A DNA stretch of 64,000 bases from Bacteroidales bacterium (GTDB taxonomy: Bacteria; Bacteroidota; Bacteroidia; Bacteroidales; Prolixibacteraceae): assembly GCA_012729335.1 (NCBI GenBank), contig JAAYDJ010000038.1, positions 11,887 through 75,886 of the forward strand, read 5' to 3'. Below, one piece after another: positions 29,103-39,219 of this stretch. The position numbers were made by a program, and so were the translations under genes. Within the stretch, counting starts at the first letter, position 1, and each line of letters opens with the position of its first letter. The notes beneath the pieces were generated by a model. That model saw nothing but the letters and a program-made list of their open reading frames with translations, had not been told where the DNA came from and did no database searches.

Positions 29103-31968
29103 AATCAACCGAGAAGAGGAGTTCCATGCGCAGGTCTGCGGCTTCAGGGAGCCAGGCGGCCCGGATCCCTGCCGATACCGGAGCGTAAAAACGAAGCAAA
29201 TTTCCGTCGGCGATCAACTCCATGCCGGCCGAACTGAGGGTTTTGGCATACTGGCCGGTGACCACCCCCTCCCGGGTGAGATCTCCCACCAGCCGGGCCC
29301 GGTCATAGAAAAAAGCGCTTCTCACCCTTCTGATGTATACCCACTTGGAGAGCCGCCAATCGGGCAGGAAAAGGGGCATGACATACCTGGCGGAGCCGCT
29401 GGCCAGGGTGCGGCTCTGCATTGCCGGCCACCCCCACGGAAGCGCGACCACATCACCATAACTGTACTCCCCAGGCTGGCGTTCCTGCCATCCTCCTCTC
29501 AGACTAAACCCGTGACCGGCAGCCACCCCCGGGAAATATCCCTTCACCTGGAGCGCTGTCATGGGGCCCATCGAGGGTGCACTCCCCGGCGAATGCCTGT
29601 AGCTGATATCGGCCGCCCAACCCCACCTGGACTGAATATCCCTGACGGATGTGCGCATGAGCTGATGGGCATAAAGACGATAGGCCACCGACTGCAGGGT
29701 GCCGCTGATAAAATTGGCGGGAGTCGAGGATTCATGTGTGTAACGGGTGGCGGTGTAGAGCAACTCAGGCTGCAGCGTGCGGTACCAGGGCCCCCGTGTC
29801 AGCTGTAGCGGCACACGCACGTCCAGCTCCCCTCTCATCTCCCGCCAGGTATACCGCCTGAATAACGTATCCCTGAAAAGAACTTCTCCCCCGGGATCAC
29901 GGTACTCGGTGATCTCCCCGTAGCGGGAGGACCTGCGGCCCGACGTGACTTCCGCACTCACCACCGGATACCAGCCCCGGTATTCAAAACGCAGATAATA
30001 TTGCCCGGTCCGTTCGCTGGTGTTCCATTTGTAACCTGCCGTGGTTTCCGCCGTCCCCAGCACATTCTGCGAGGAGAGACTTATCCCCGGCGCCACCTCC
30101 ATGTCCCTGGCATCCAGTGCAACAGGGGCCCAGCTGTGAAGATTGAACAAATGAAGTCCTTTCCTGTATGGTTTAGAAATGTAACCCGATGTGTCTACAT
30201 TTGTAAAATCCACTACACCTGGTTCCTGGTCCGCCATGCGGGCTGCCAGGGGGTATGCTTCCCGGGGAACCGTTTCACCCGGCTCCCGCCCCGGAAGGAG
30301 GGGCCTGACCAACCGGTACCCATCGGCCGTATAATCACTGACTACCACCGCACTGCCATCGGCAGCGACCGCCGGACAGTCCATTCCGAAGCGGGCACGG
30401 GATTCCCTGCCCCACGCCCCTGTCTCCAAATCGGCCGACCATAGCTCGTTACGCCCACTCTGACCGCTGATGAACCACAACTTCCTCCCTGACAGCGTCA
30501 TCTGCCGGTACTCCCCGGGAGGTAAAAATCCCAGTTCCTCCACCTCCCCCCTGTAAGGATCTATCCGCACCAGCTGCTTCCCCTCCCCGGTCAGCCAAAA
30601 CGCCAACACCCGGCGCCCATCCTCCCAAACCGGATTAAACAGGTAGCGGTTTCCCGGTATCGGATACCGCACCACCAACCCTCCACCATCAGCCTGGTAT
30701 ACCGAGAGGTGGTAACGGTTCGAAAAATCGGTCTCTACGACGGCTACATTATGTTTATCTGGAGAAATGGAAGGCGCAAAGCATTTATATTCAGGCTTTA
30801 TCGTTGTAAGCTTCATTTCCTTTATGTTGTAGACCCTGAGAAACGACTGACCACTATGGCTCCACCTTGGGTCGGGGATGTATTCCGACCATACCAGCAA
30901 CTCGTCACGGTACCCCACCGACTCATCAAAAAGCTGTCCGGGTACCACCACCGTCTGCTCCTCGCCGGAGGGGGTGATTTTTACGAATCGGGGAATCTGG
31001 TTGTAGCTCTCCTTGAGGGTGAGGATCTCCCCACCGGGCAGGAAATGGTTGTAGCGGTAGCTGGTGAAGACTTTCCCCGGGCGGGTCAGTGGTTCCGGAT
31101 GGTGATCAAAAGATTCATCCTCCAAAGTCCATTGCCGTTGAAGGGAGTCAAAAACCTGGTTATAGAGCTGCTCCTGATTGAACCCGGTGAGCAGGCCCAC
31201 CATTTTATTGACGGGACGGAGTGAAAGGGGAAATTTGGAGAGCTGGTTGATGGCATGGTTCCAGAGGTCGCTGCCATAGCGGGCCCTGGTGCCTGCGACC
31301 AGGTACCACCCCAGTTTGTAATGGTCGGGGACATAATCACGGAACGAGCCGTTGAAGGCTTTGTCGAAGGTGAAAATCCCCTTTTCGATGACCTGCGCCC
31401 GGTGCTCCATCAGAAAAGAGGGGTAGCGGCCGCGGCCGGCGTGGCTCAGGGCCGTCTCCGACACGACGGCATCTCCTTCGATGAACCAGAAGGGAAGGTA
31501 CATTCCGGTGATCAGTGCGGCTCCCTGTTCTCCCAGCAGAGCCCTGATAAGGCCGGGCATCTGGCTCTGGATCTTGTCGACCTGCACCACGTGCCTGAAT
31601 TCATGCAGGACCAGTTGCTGAAGCCACTCCTGGGCATAGATGTCCTGGTGGGGCGGCGTAAACAGTTCCATCCGCCGGGGAGCCCATCCCACCAGGCCGT
31701 TGCTGCGAACCGTCCGCGTATGAAAAATCACCGAAACCGGACGGGGACGGTGATGAAGGGTGGCTCCCCCAACGTCATATACCTTCGTGAAGAACGCCGC
31801 CATCTCGCGTGCTTTGGCCTCGAAATCTGCGGGATAGATGAGCTGGAAATCGGGCGTTACAATCTGCCTCCATCGCAGTGACGCGGGATCCTCCCCCGTG
31901 TTGAAATATTGACAACTTCCCCCGAAACCGGCAAAAAGCCACACCATCACCAGAAAAACTCTTCTCAT
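29089..31968 (-). CDS. Large secreted protein: HExxH-motif N-domain, beta-propeller-like middle, beta-barrel-like C-terminus
   Basis: Signal peptide MRRVFLVMVWLFAGFGGSC. Motif LVLHEFRHVVQ. The central region has WD40/TolB-like repeats by eye. The C-terminal ~300 aa alternate hydrophobic residues and end in FSVDFTSF, a terminal Phe typical of OM barrels. No family is recognised with certainty. Confidence 0.6.
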   Translation of the reverse strand: MRRVFLVMVWLFAGFGGSCQYFNTGEDPASLRWRQIVTPDFQLIYPADFEAKAREMAAFFTKVYDVGGATLHHRPRPVSVIFHTRTVRSNGLVGWAPRRMELFTPPHQDIYAQEWLQQLVLHEFRHVVQVDKIQSQMPGLIRALLGEQGAALITGMYLPFWFIEGDAVVSETALSHAGRGRYPSFLMEHRAQVIEKGIFTFDKAFNGSFRDYVPDHYKLGWYLVAGTRARYGSDLWNHAINQLSKFPLSLRPVNKMVGLLTGFNQEQLYNQVFDSLQRQWTLEDESFDHHPEPLTRPGKVFTSYRYNHFLPGGEILTLKESYNQIPRFVKITPSGEEQTVVVPGQLFDESVGYRDELLVWSEYIPDPRWSHSGQSFLRVYNIKEMKLTTIKPEYKCFAPSISPDKHNVAVVETDFSNRYHLSVYQADGGGLVVRYPIPGNRYLFNPVWEDGRRVLAFWLTGEGKQLVRIDPYRGEVEELGFLPPGEYRQMTLSGRKLWFISGQSGRNELWSADLETGAWGRESRARFGMDCPAVAADGSAVVVSDYTADGYRLVRPLLPGREPGETVPREAYPLAARMADQEPGVVDFTNVDTSGYISKPYRKGLHLFNLHSWAPVALDARDMEVAPGISLSSQNVLGTAETTAGYKWNTSERTGQYYLRFEYRGWYPVVSAEVTSGRRSSRYGEITEYRDPGGEVLFRDTLFRRYTWREMRGELDVRVPLQLTRGPWYRTLQPELLYTATRYTHESSTPANFISGTLQSVAYRLYAHQLMRTSVRDIQSRWGWAADISYRHSPGSAPSMGPMTALQVKGYFPGVAAGHGFSLRGGWQERQPGEYSYGDVVALPWGWPAMQSRTLASGSARYVMPLFLPDWRLSKWVYIRRVRSAFFYDRARLVGDLTREGVVTGQYAKTLSSAGMELIADGNLLRFYAPVSAGIRAAWLPEAADLRMELLFSVDFTSF

Positions 31969-32142
31969 GCAGATTCACCAAAGAGCAATGGGCCCTCCTT
32001 CACTACGAAGAAACTAAAAATTACCGGATATTCCATCTCCGAAGGAGCATCTCCACACGGGCATGGACTCTGCGTCAATACCTCACCGGTGAGGATTACC
32101 GGGCCACTGCATCTCCCTGCCACCGGGGGCACCCGGGGAGGG

Positions 32143-33936
32143 TTACAATTGGATGATCAGCACCTTATGTTCGCCGTTCCGCAGTACATCAACCGAAATG
32201 GTCTGTCCCGCCGAGAACTCCTTCAGCCTGTTCATGTAGTCGTAGATGTTTCCCACGGGTTTACCGTCGATGGCGGTGATGATATCGCCTTTGTGCATTC
32301 CTCCCAGGTCTGCTGGTTTTCCGCCGGTGACTGCATCGACCCGCAAGCCGTTTTTCTCGAGTCCCGCAAAGTCGGGCATCACCCCCAAAGTCACTTTAAA
32401 CCGGCCATGACGGCTCCGCTTCACCTTGGCTCCAGCTTCCCGGAAAGCAAGCATCTCCTCCCGGTTGGCCACCTCACTGATGACCTGCCAGGCATATTGC
32501 GCCACGCTGCTTATTCCGGCAGAGTTGATCTTATCAAAGCTGTCGGCGGGGGTGTGATAATCGGCATGGGCCCCCGTTGAAAAGAAGAAAACGGGGATAT
32601 CAAGCATATAAAAGGAGGCATGGTCAGAAGGTCCGAAGCCTTCACCCGAGAAGGCCAGGTCAAAGCCTGTGTTGAGACGACGGAGCATCTCCTCCGATTC
32701 GGTGGCTGTCTGTGTGCCACTGATGCTCAGCGCTTTGGTGAGTGTGTCGAGGCGTCCCACCATGTCGAAGTTGAACATGGCGGTGGTTTTTTTCAGGTCT
32801 ATAGGTGGGTTTTCAGTAAAGGTTCTGGAACCTACCAGGCCCATCTCCTCGGCGCCGAAGGCAGCGAAGACCACGCTCCTGCGAGGGGGCTTTCCGGAGG
32901 CGGCCAGACGGGCAATTTCCAGAACCGCGGCCACTCCCGAGGCATTGTCATCGGCGCCATAATGCACGGCGGACGTGTCGGGGGTGCGGCTTCCGGAGCC
33001 GGCACCTCCCCAACCCAAATGGTCATAATGGGCACCCACTACAATATATTCCTCCCTGAGCCGCTCATCACTTCCGGGGAGAAGGGCCGCCACATTACGG
33101 GTGACCACTGTGGCCGGATGCACATCGGCACGGGCCGTCACCCGGCCCCCGGTGACCAGCGACACTGGCCTCCGCGTATGGTTCAACTCCTCCTCCAGGG
33201 CCGCCACTCCCTTTCCCGAAGAAGCCAGCATCACCTCAGCCACGGCACGTGTGACCTGAAATACCGGCACCGGATAACTGCTGCTGTTCTTGTCATAATA
33301 GAGATCCTGCAACTGGTCCTGCTCATTGTAGGCCGGTCCACCCGTGAACAACACCCCCGCAGCCCCGTGGTCCATGGCCGTCAGCACCTTGGCACGCTCT
33401 CCGCTGTATGCCTCAAAGATACTCTCCGATTGGTCCGCCTCTGGATCCCCTTTCAGCAACAAAACCCACTTCCCCCTGACATCCACCCCGGCATAATCAT
33501 TCCAGGTCAGGCTGTCGTGCCTGATGTCAAATCCATACCCCGCAAAAACCACCTCCCCGGAGAAGGGCACCAGGGAAGAAAAGGAATAAGGGAGGAAATC
33601 AGTGGAAGCCTTCAGCTCTTTACCGTTGACCGTCATTAGATTACTGTCGCCCAGGGTCACCGACGAAACCAGTGTAAAGGGCTGGAATCCCTCCCCGTAA
33701 AGCAGGCGCAGTCCCGCAGCCTGCATCTTGTCACGGATGTATTGCGCTGCCAGGGAATCGCCCCGTGTACCCGGGAATCTCCCCTCCAGGGCAGCAGCAG
33801 AGAGATACGCCACATCGGCGGCAGGGGACGCTGTTTTTGCAGCAGGAAATTGTTTTGGCGTACAGGCGCCCAGGACCATGCCCAGGACCACGACCAGGGC
33901 CAAAACCAGATATCGGGTGGTACGTCTCATCATCAT
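32143..33936 (-). CDS. M28-family metallopeptidase lipoprotein with PA and C-terminal PDZ domains
   Basis: Lipobox VLGAC. M28 motifs HYGADDNASGVAAVLEIAR and FAAFGAEEMGLVGS. The C-terminal PDZ-like segment is GMHKGDIITAIDGKPVGNIYDYM. Confidence 0.85.
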   Translation of the reverse strand: MMMRRTTRYLVLALVVVLGMVLGACTPKQFPAAKTASPAADVAYLSAAALEGRFPGTRGDSLAAQYIRDKMQAAGLRLLYGEGFQPFTLVSSVTLGDSNLMTVNGKELKASTDFLPYSFSSLVPFSGEVVFAGYGFDIRHDSLTWNDYAGVDVRGKWVLLLKGDPEADQSESIFEAYSGERAKVLTAMDHGAAGVLFTGGPAYNEQDQLQDLYYDKNSSSYPVPVFQVTRAVAEVMLASSGKGVAALEEELNHTRRPVSLVTGGRVTARADVHPATVVTRNVAALLPGSDERLREEYIVVGAHYDHLGWGGAGSGSRTPDTSAVHYGADDNASGVAAVLEIARLAASGKPPRRSVVFAAFGAEEMGLVGSRTFTENPPIDLKKTTAMFNFDMVGRLDTLTKALSISGTQTATESEEMLRRLNTGFDLAFSGEGFGPSDHASFYMLDIPVFFFSTGAHADYHTPADSFDKINSAGISSVAQYAWQVISEVANREEMLAFREAGAKVKRSRHGRFKVTLGVMPDFAGLEKNGLRVDAVTGGKPADLGGMHKGDIITAIDGKPVGNIYDYMNRLKEFSAGQTISVDVLRNGEHKVLIIQL

Positions 33937-34023
33937 ACACTTTTAATTCCTGCAATAATAACCCGAAATCTTTAATTTCGGGCGTAGTTTGTTAATTTTA
34001 CCGGCCACAACAACAGGATTATC

Positions 34024-36114
34024 GTGGAAATCGCATTCGGAGAGAAGCTATGGGGCGTAATACTTGCGGGAAGTCTTTTCCTGGCCGCGGGGATTACCCT
34101 GTTGATGTATTACAGGCTGCGGAGCAGGGACATGCTCACTGGTCCCCGCCTGCGGATCCTGATGTTACTGCGTTTCCTTTCTGTTTTCCTGGTGACTTTT
34201 TTGCTGGCCTCACCGCTGGTAAAGAGCCTGCGGAAGATAACCCGGCCTCCGCAGCTCCTTATGGCCGTCGACCACTCCCGGTCAATGAACGGACTGGAGG
34301 AGAATATGGCCCGCAGGGATGCATTGCTGAAGCTGGCCCAAGGGTTGCAGGAGGAACTGAACGACCGGTTCGAGGTGATCCCCTATTCCTTTGGCGCCGG
34401 GGTCACACCGGGACTGCCCACGGATTTCACCGACAAAAGATCGGACTACAGCCGGATGTTACAAACCGTCTATGACAACCATTTCAACGAAAACATCGGA
34501 GCTTTGGTCATCATTGGCGACGGTACCCATAACCAGGGGGAGAATCCGTTGCAACAGGCAGAAAGGCTCCCCTTTCCCGTCTACACCCTGGCTACCGGTG
34601 ATACCACTCCCGTCACGGATGCCCGGATTGTCGACCTGAGGGTCAACAGGACGGCTTTCGCCGGAAACCTCTTTCCCCTGGAGGCAGACCTCCGTGTCAC
34701 CGGGACCACTCCCCGCAGCCTGCTCTTTTCGGTCAGCAAGGGCGGCCGGCAGGTTTTCTCCCAAATGGTCAACACCCGGGAGAACGCCTGGTTTACCACC
34801 CTGGAATTTACCCTTCCTGCCGACGGGAAGGGTCTCCAGTACTACACAGCCACCATCGAAAGCCTCCCCGGTGAACAAAATCTGAACAATAACAGCTGGC
34901 CGTTTGTTATCAACATCCTGGAAAACAAACAGAAGATATTGATTCTTTCTGCGGGAGCGCACCCTGATGCGGGCGCCCTGAAAAACGCCCTGGAACAGCA
35001 GGTCAACTATGAGGTGACGCTGGTGACCGGAGATCCCTATCCTTCCAACTTTAACGATTACAACCTGATCGCACTCAACCAGATGCCCACGGCTGCCCAC
35101 TCCCTGCGGGAATTGCTGGAGGATGGAGGTCGCACTCCGGTTCCCCTGCTGGTGATCCTGGGTGCCGCCACACATTTGTCCCAGCTCAATGCCATGGGGC
35201 TGGGAATAACCATCACCCCCCGTGCCGGAGACGCCGAAGAAGCCCAGATGAGTCCCGCCGAGGGCTATACCCCCTTCACCCTCAGTGACGACCTGCGTGA
35301 AAACCTGAACAGGTACCCTCCCCTTAAAGTACCCTTTGCGGCGTGGGAAATCGATCCCTCCTACCAGGTCCTGGGATTCCAGAGGATCAGGAACCTGGTC
35401 ACCTCAAGGCCCCTGATCGCCACTGGCTCCGCCAGGGGCCGGAAAACAGGCCTGATCGCCGGAGAGGGCCTCTGGCGCTGGAGACTCTACGATTACACCC
35501 TGGGCGCCACCCACGATCACTTCAACGAACTGTGCGACAAACTGGTCCAGTACCTCGCCCTCCGCGACAATGAAGACAGGTTCATCGTCTCCTTCAAACC
35601 TGTCTATGCCGAAACCGACCCCGTAGAGATGACCGCGGAAGTTTACAACGAGGCGTATGAACTGATCAACTCTCCGGAAGTGACCATCCAAATGACCGAC
35701 TCCACAGGAAGGGAGTTCAGTTATATCTTCGACCGCAGCCAGCTCTTTTACCGCCTTGATGCGGGAGTCCTTCCCCCCGGAAGGTACGCCTTCACAGCCA
35801 CAACCACCACAGAACGGGAGACCCGCACGGAAACCGGCGAGTTCGCCGTCATCCCCGTCAATGTGGAACTCGCCGACCTGCGCGCCGACCACGGCATGCT
35901 CTACCGCCTCTCCTTTGAAACCGGAGGTAAGTTCTTCACCGAGAAAGAGGCTCCCCGCCTCGCCGAGGTAATCCTTCACAACAGCGCCATCCAGACCACC
36001 TCCTATTTCCAGTCCACCCTGTACGAATTGCTCAACCTGCGCATTCTCTTTTTTCTGTTTCTGTTTTTGCTCAGTACGGAATGGTTTTTGCGGAAGTTCT
36101 GGGGAATATACTAG
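34024..36114 (+). CDS. Membrane protein with N-terminal double-TM segment, vWA-like domain and C-terminal TM anchor
   Basis: GTG start. Two N-terminal TM helices. AVDHSRSMNG is a DxSxS MIDAS-like motif. The C-terminal helix is ILFFLFLFLLSTEWFL. The architecture recalls BatA/BatB-type aerotolerance-related proteins (recollection). Confidence 0.6.
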   Translation: MEIAFGEKLWGVILAGSLFLAAGITLLMYYRLRSRDMLTGPRLRILMLLRFLSVFLVTFLLASPLVKSLRKITRPPQLLMAVDHSRSMNGLEENMARRDALLKLAQGLQEELNDRFEVIPYSFGAGVTPGLPTDFTDKRSDYSRMLQTVYDNHFNENIGALVIIGDGTHNQGENPLQQAERLPFPVYTLATGDTTPVTDARIVDLRVNRTAFAGNLFPLEADLRVTGTTPRSLLFSVSKGGRQVFSQMVNTRENAWFTTLEFTLPADGKGLQYYTATIESLPGEQNLNNNSWPFVINILENKQKILILSAGAHPDAGALKNALEQQVNYEVTLVTGDPYPSNFNDYNLIALNQMPTAAHSLRELLEDGGRTPVPLLVILGAATHLSQLNAMGLGITITPRAGDAEEAQMSPAEGYTPFTLSDDLRENLNRYPPLKVPFAAWEIDPSYQVLGFQRIRNLVTSRPLIATGSARGRKTGLIAGEGLWRWRLYDYTLGATHDHFNELCDKLVQYLALRDNEDRFIVSFKPVYAETDPVEMTAEVYNEAYELINSPEVTIQMTDSTGREFSYIFDRSQLFYRLDAGVLPPGRYAFTATTTTERETRTETGEFAVIPVNVELADLRADHGMLYRLSFETGGKFFTEKEAPRLAEVILHNSAIQTTSYFQSTLYELLNLRILFFLFLFLLSTEWFLRKFWGIY

Positions 36115-36133
36115 ACCATTACATCATCGTTCC

Positions 36134-37171
36134 ATGAAGCAGGCCTTCTATTCATTCATAATTCTTATGGCCATCCTCCTGGGGGGATGCCGCTCTTTTT
36201 CCCTACTCACCATCGACCTTTCTTACCCGCCACGTGAAGGGCTGAACGACTCCATCCAGAGTCTGCTCCTCCTTAACAGGGCCGCAGACCGCCGCTTTAC
36301 CGACGATCACGCCGATACCATTCAGCTCCGGTTCTTCGAGAAGCAGTTTAACCTCGACACCGTGATTTATGATCTCCACGCTTCCGACACCCTGCTTCGA
36401 GTGCTGGGAGACCTCCTTTTTGAATCGGGAAGGTATGACGTCGTCATTCCCGTCGAACGCTTTCCCAAGAGAGATACCCTCAATGTGTACTCCGATCCCA
36501 TGACCTGGGAGGAGGCTGAACAACTGACCTCTCTTTTCAAAACCGACGCCGTGCTCTCCCTCGATTACCACAAAACAGACGTCATGGCCCGTTATCAACG
36601 GCAATCATACATGGATCCGGAAACGGGCGAAGTGGCCGATGTATACGGTGCCGACATGCTGGTGGCCTATATCGCGCAGTTCCGGATCTTTTATCCGGCG
36701 TACCGTGAGGAGATCCCCAGTTTTTTTCTGGTTGACACCCTGATGTGGAGCGATCTGGACTATGATCTCAAGGAGCTTTTCAGGCGGTTTACGTACGTAA
36801 AGCCAGCCCTGGCCGAATCGGGGATTGCCGCGGCCCTGTCGCTTTCCGGAAAGATCGCCCCCCGATGGGTGGCCACCCCCAGGGCTGTTTTCCTTTCAGG
36901 GCATCCCTTACTGCGCAATACAGCTCCCCTGGTCAGGGACCACCGCTGGAACGAAGCCTCCGGAATCTGGGAAGACGCCCTTCCCCGGGCCCGTTCCAAA
37001 TCCCTTCAAAGCAAACTGCTTTTTAATCTGGCCCTGGCCCGCGAAATGGAAGGCAATCTCCAGGAGGCCATCCGCACGGGCATCCGCTCTTATGAAACCC
37101 AGTACCGTAAGGTCACCGAGGCGTACCTGAGGACCCTCGACGAACGCAGAAAGCTCCTTAACCTAAAGTAA
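36134..37171 (+). CDS. Hypothetical lipoprotein (paralogue A)
   Basis: Lipobox LLGGC. The C-terminal TPR-like segment RWNEASGIWEDA...LLFNLALAREMEGNLQEAI is shared with the next gene. Confidence 0.6.
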   Translation: MKQAFYSFIILMAILLGGCRSFSLLTIDLSYPPREGLNDSIQSLLLLNRAADRRFTDDHADTIQLRFFEKQFNLDTVIYDLHASDTLLRVLGDLLFESGRYDVVIPVERFPKRDTLNVYSDPMTWEEAEQLTSLFKTDAVLSLDYHKTDVMARYQRQSYMDPETGEVADVYGADMLVAYIAQFRIFYPAYREEIPSFFLVDTLMWSDLDYDLKELFRRFTYVKPALAESGIAAALSLSGKIAPRWVATPRAVFLSGHPLLRNTAPLVRDHRWNEASGIWEDALPRARSKSLQSKLLFNLALAREMEGNLQEAIRTGIRSYETQYRKVTEAYLRTLDERRKLLNLK

Positions 37172-38214
37172 TGACAATTAGGAAGTTATTGACGAATTTT
37201 TGCCTCCCGTGGCTGGGAGGTATGCTTCTCTGGAGTTCTTGCACCGTTTTTCATACGATGCCCCTGGAGGTGCTTCGCACCGGGGAAGCCCGTCTCCGTC
37301 CTGAAACCGGAAAGGTGGCCTGGCTTTACCGCCATTTCAAATACACGGGGGACACCCTGCAGCATTATTACCGTGACGGGGAGACGCTGCGCAAGGGGAA
37401 GGAGACAGTCACCCTTGACAGCCTCCTGGCGGAGCATTGTCTTACGGCTGCTGCCCGCGCCTTGCAGCAGAATGGGGTGGCCGTGGAATCGGTTTTCTTT
37501 CCGTTTGACATGATGCCCCGGGTGACGGGCGATCAGCTGACGCCCCTGCCGCCTTCACTGGTGCAAAAGATGGCCCGTCCTGCCGGTGCCGACCTGCTGA
37601 TGGTCCTGGAGACTTTCTCCTGGTTTTATTCCCGGTTTCCGGGTGAAAGCCTTTCCCATGACGCCGGGGAGGTGGCTCTGGCCGGGATCTGGGCCATCTA
37701 TGACGGCCACTCGGGGAAAATCACCGAAACCCGCTCTATGGTGGACACCCTATATTGGACGGGCGATCACGGCGCCTCCGGTGGGGAAGCCCTAAAACTC
37801 CCCCCGCGCCTCCCGGCGCTCGAAATGGCAGCCGCCACCTTCGGAGAAAATTATGCCCGCCGCTTTTATCCCGGATGGATGACCGTTGACAGGCTCCTGG
37901 TGATCCCTCCGACGGAAGAATTCCGGCAGGCCGCCGAATATGCCGTCAACCAGGAATGGGACAAAGCCACTGCCATCTGGCAGCGCTACAGCGCCGACCG
38001 CTTCGGACGAATGGCTGTATCGGCACGCTATAACCTGGCACTGGCCGCCGAAACCCAGGACCAGCTCGATAACGCCCTCCACTGGATCACACGCGCCGAT
38101 GATCTCGCACGCCTCTACCGCAATAAGAAGGAGACCACCATGACCGGCCAATACCGGCAAATCCTGGAATCACGCCTTCAGGAAATCAGAAAAATGGAAT
38201 CCTGGGAGAAATAA
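37171..38214 (+). CDS. Hypothetical lipoprotein (paralogue B)
   Basis: Lipobox LLWSSC. The C-terminal segment EWDKATAIWQRY...ARYNLALAAETQDQLDNAL parallels paralogue A. The start overlaps the previous stop (TAATG). Confidence 0.6.
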   Translation: MTIRKLLTNFCLPWLGGMLLWSSCTVFHTMPLEVLRTGEARLRPETGKVAWLYRHFKYTGDTLQHYYRDGETLRKGKETVTLDSLLAEHCLTAAARALQQNGVAVESVFFPFDMMPRVTGDQLTPLPPSLVQKMARPAGADLLMVLETFSWFYSRFPGESLSHDAGEVALAGIWAIYDGHSGKITETRSMVDTLYWTGDHGASGGEALKLPPRLPALEMAAATFGENYARRFYPGWMTVDRLLVIPPTEEFRQAAEYAVNQEWDKATAIWQRYSADRFGRMAVSARYNLALAAETQDQLDNALHWITRADDLARLYRNKKETTMTGQYRQILESRLQEIRKMESWEK

Positions 38215-39030
38215 CTACTTGTTTTTGAACGCCACCTCTGGCTTGGTCACTGCCCGGTATACCAGGAAGATTCCTGCCAGCACAAAGGGAATGCTCAGCC
38301 ATTGGCCCATATTGAGGGTCATCGCCGCCTCAAAGGCCTCCTGGTCCTCCTTGATGAATTCAATGAAAAAGCGGGAGAGGAAAATCAGGATGAAGAAAAG
38401 CCCCAACAGCAGTCCGGGCCTGTTTTTGGCCGAACTCTTCCGGTACACCCACATGAGGAGCACAAACGACAGGGCGTAGCATAGCGCTTCATAGAGTTGC
38501 GTGGGGTGCTTGGGGAGGGTTTCCCCGTTGCGCTCAAATATAAACCCCCACGGCAGGGAGGTTTCGTGGCCATAGATCTCGGAGTTCATCAGGTTGCCCA
38601 GGCGGATGAATGCCCCCACCAGGGCGGTGGGGACCACAATACGGTCAAGCGACCAGAGCATGGTTCGTTTGGTGACCAGCCGGCTGTGTATCCACAGGGC
38701 AATCAGAATCCCCGCTGCTCCTCCGTGACTGGCCAGCCCTCCGTGCCATACCTTCAGAATCTCCCCCGGATGCTGTGAATAATACTCCCAGCCGTAGAAA
38801 AATACATGCCCCAGCCGCGCACCTATAATGGTCGCAATGATAATGTAGAAAAAAAGCGAGTCAATCCATGCCTGAGGAACCCCCTCCGACTTGAGCATCT
38901 TCTCTCCGATATAATAGCCGATCAGAAAGCCCGAAGCAAACAGGAGCCCGTACCAGCGGACGGCTAAAAACCCGATTCGGAAAATCTCAGGGTCGGCATT
39001 CCAGTGAATGTAAGAGAGCATTGTAACCAT
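38215..39030 (-). CDS. lgt: Prolipoprotein diacylglyceryl transferase
   Basis: RWYGLLFASGFLIG, GARLGHVFFY, GGLASHGGAAG and TQLYEAL. Start at ATG 39030 or 39021. Confidence 0.92.
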   Translation of the reverse strand: MVTMLSYIHWNADPEIFRIGFLAVRWYGLLFASGFLIGYYIGEKMLKSEGVPQAWIDSLFFYIIIATIIGARLGHVFFYGWEYYSQHPGEILKVWHGGLASHGGAAGILIALWIHSRLVTKRTMLWSLDRIVVPTALVGAFIRLGNLMNSEIYGHETSLPWGFIFERNGETLPKHPTQLYEALCYALSFVLLMWVYRKSSAKNRPGLLLGLFFILIFLSRFFIEFIKEDQEAFEAAMTLNMGQWLSIPFVLAGIFLVYRAVTKPEVAFKNK

Positions 39031-39219
39031 GACTAGTCGTAATTCAGTATATAAAATCAATTATTCAAATATCAGACTTATCGCACTTTCCATCCACCAC
39101 TTTCAACCTTTGGTTGAACTCCCTGGCTGCACTATTTGGGATGATCTCCTCAGAGGTGAATGGGTGCAGCAGGGAAATGCTCTTTTTTTGACGGCCGGTA
39201 CGGCTTCTGATGTCTCAGG

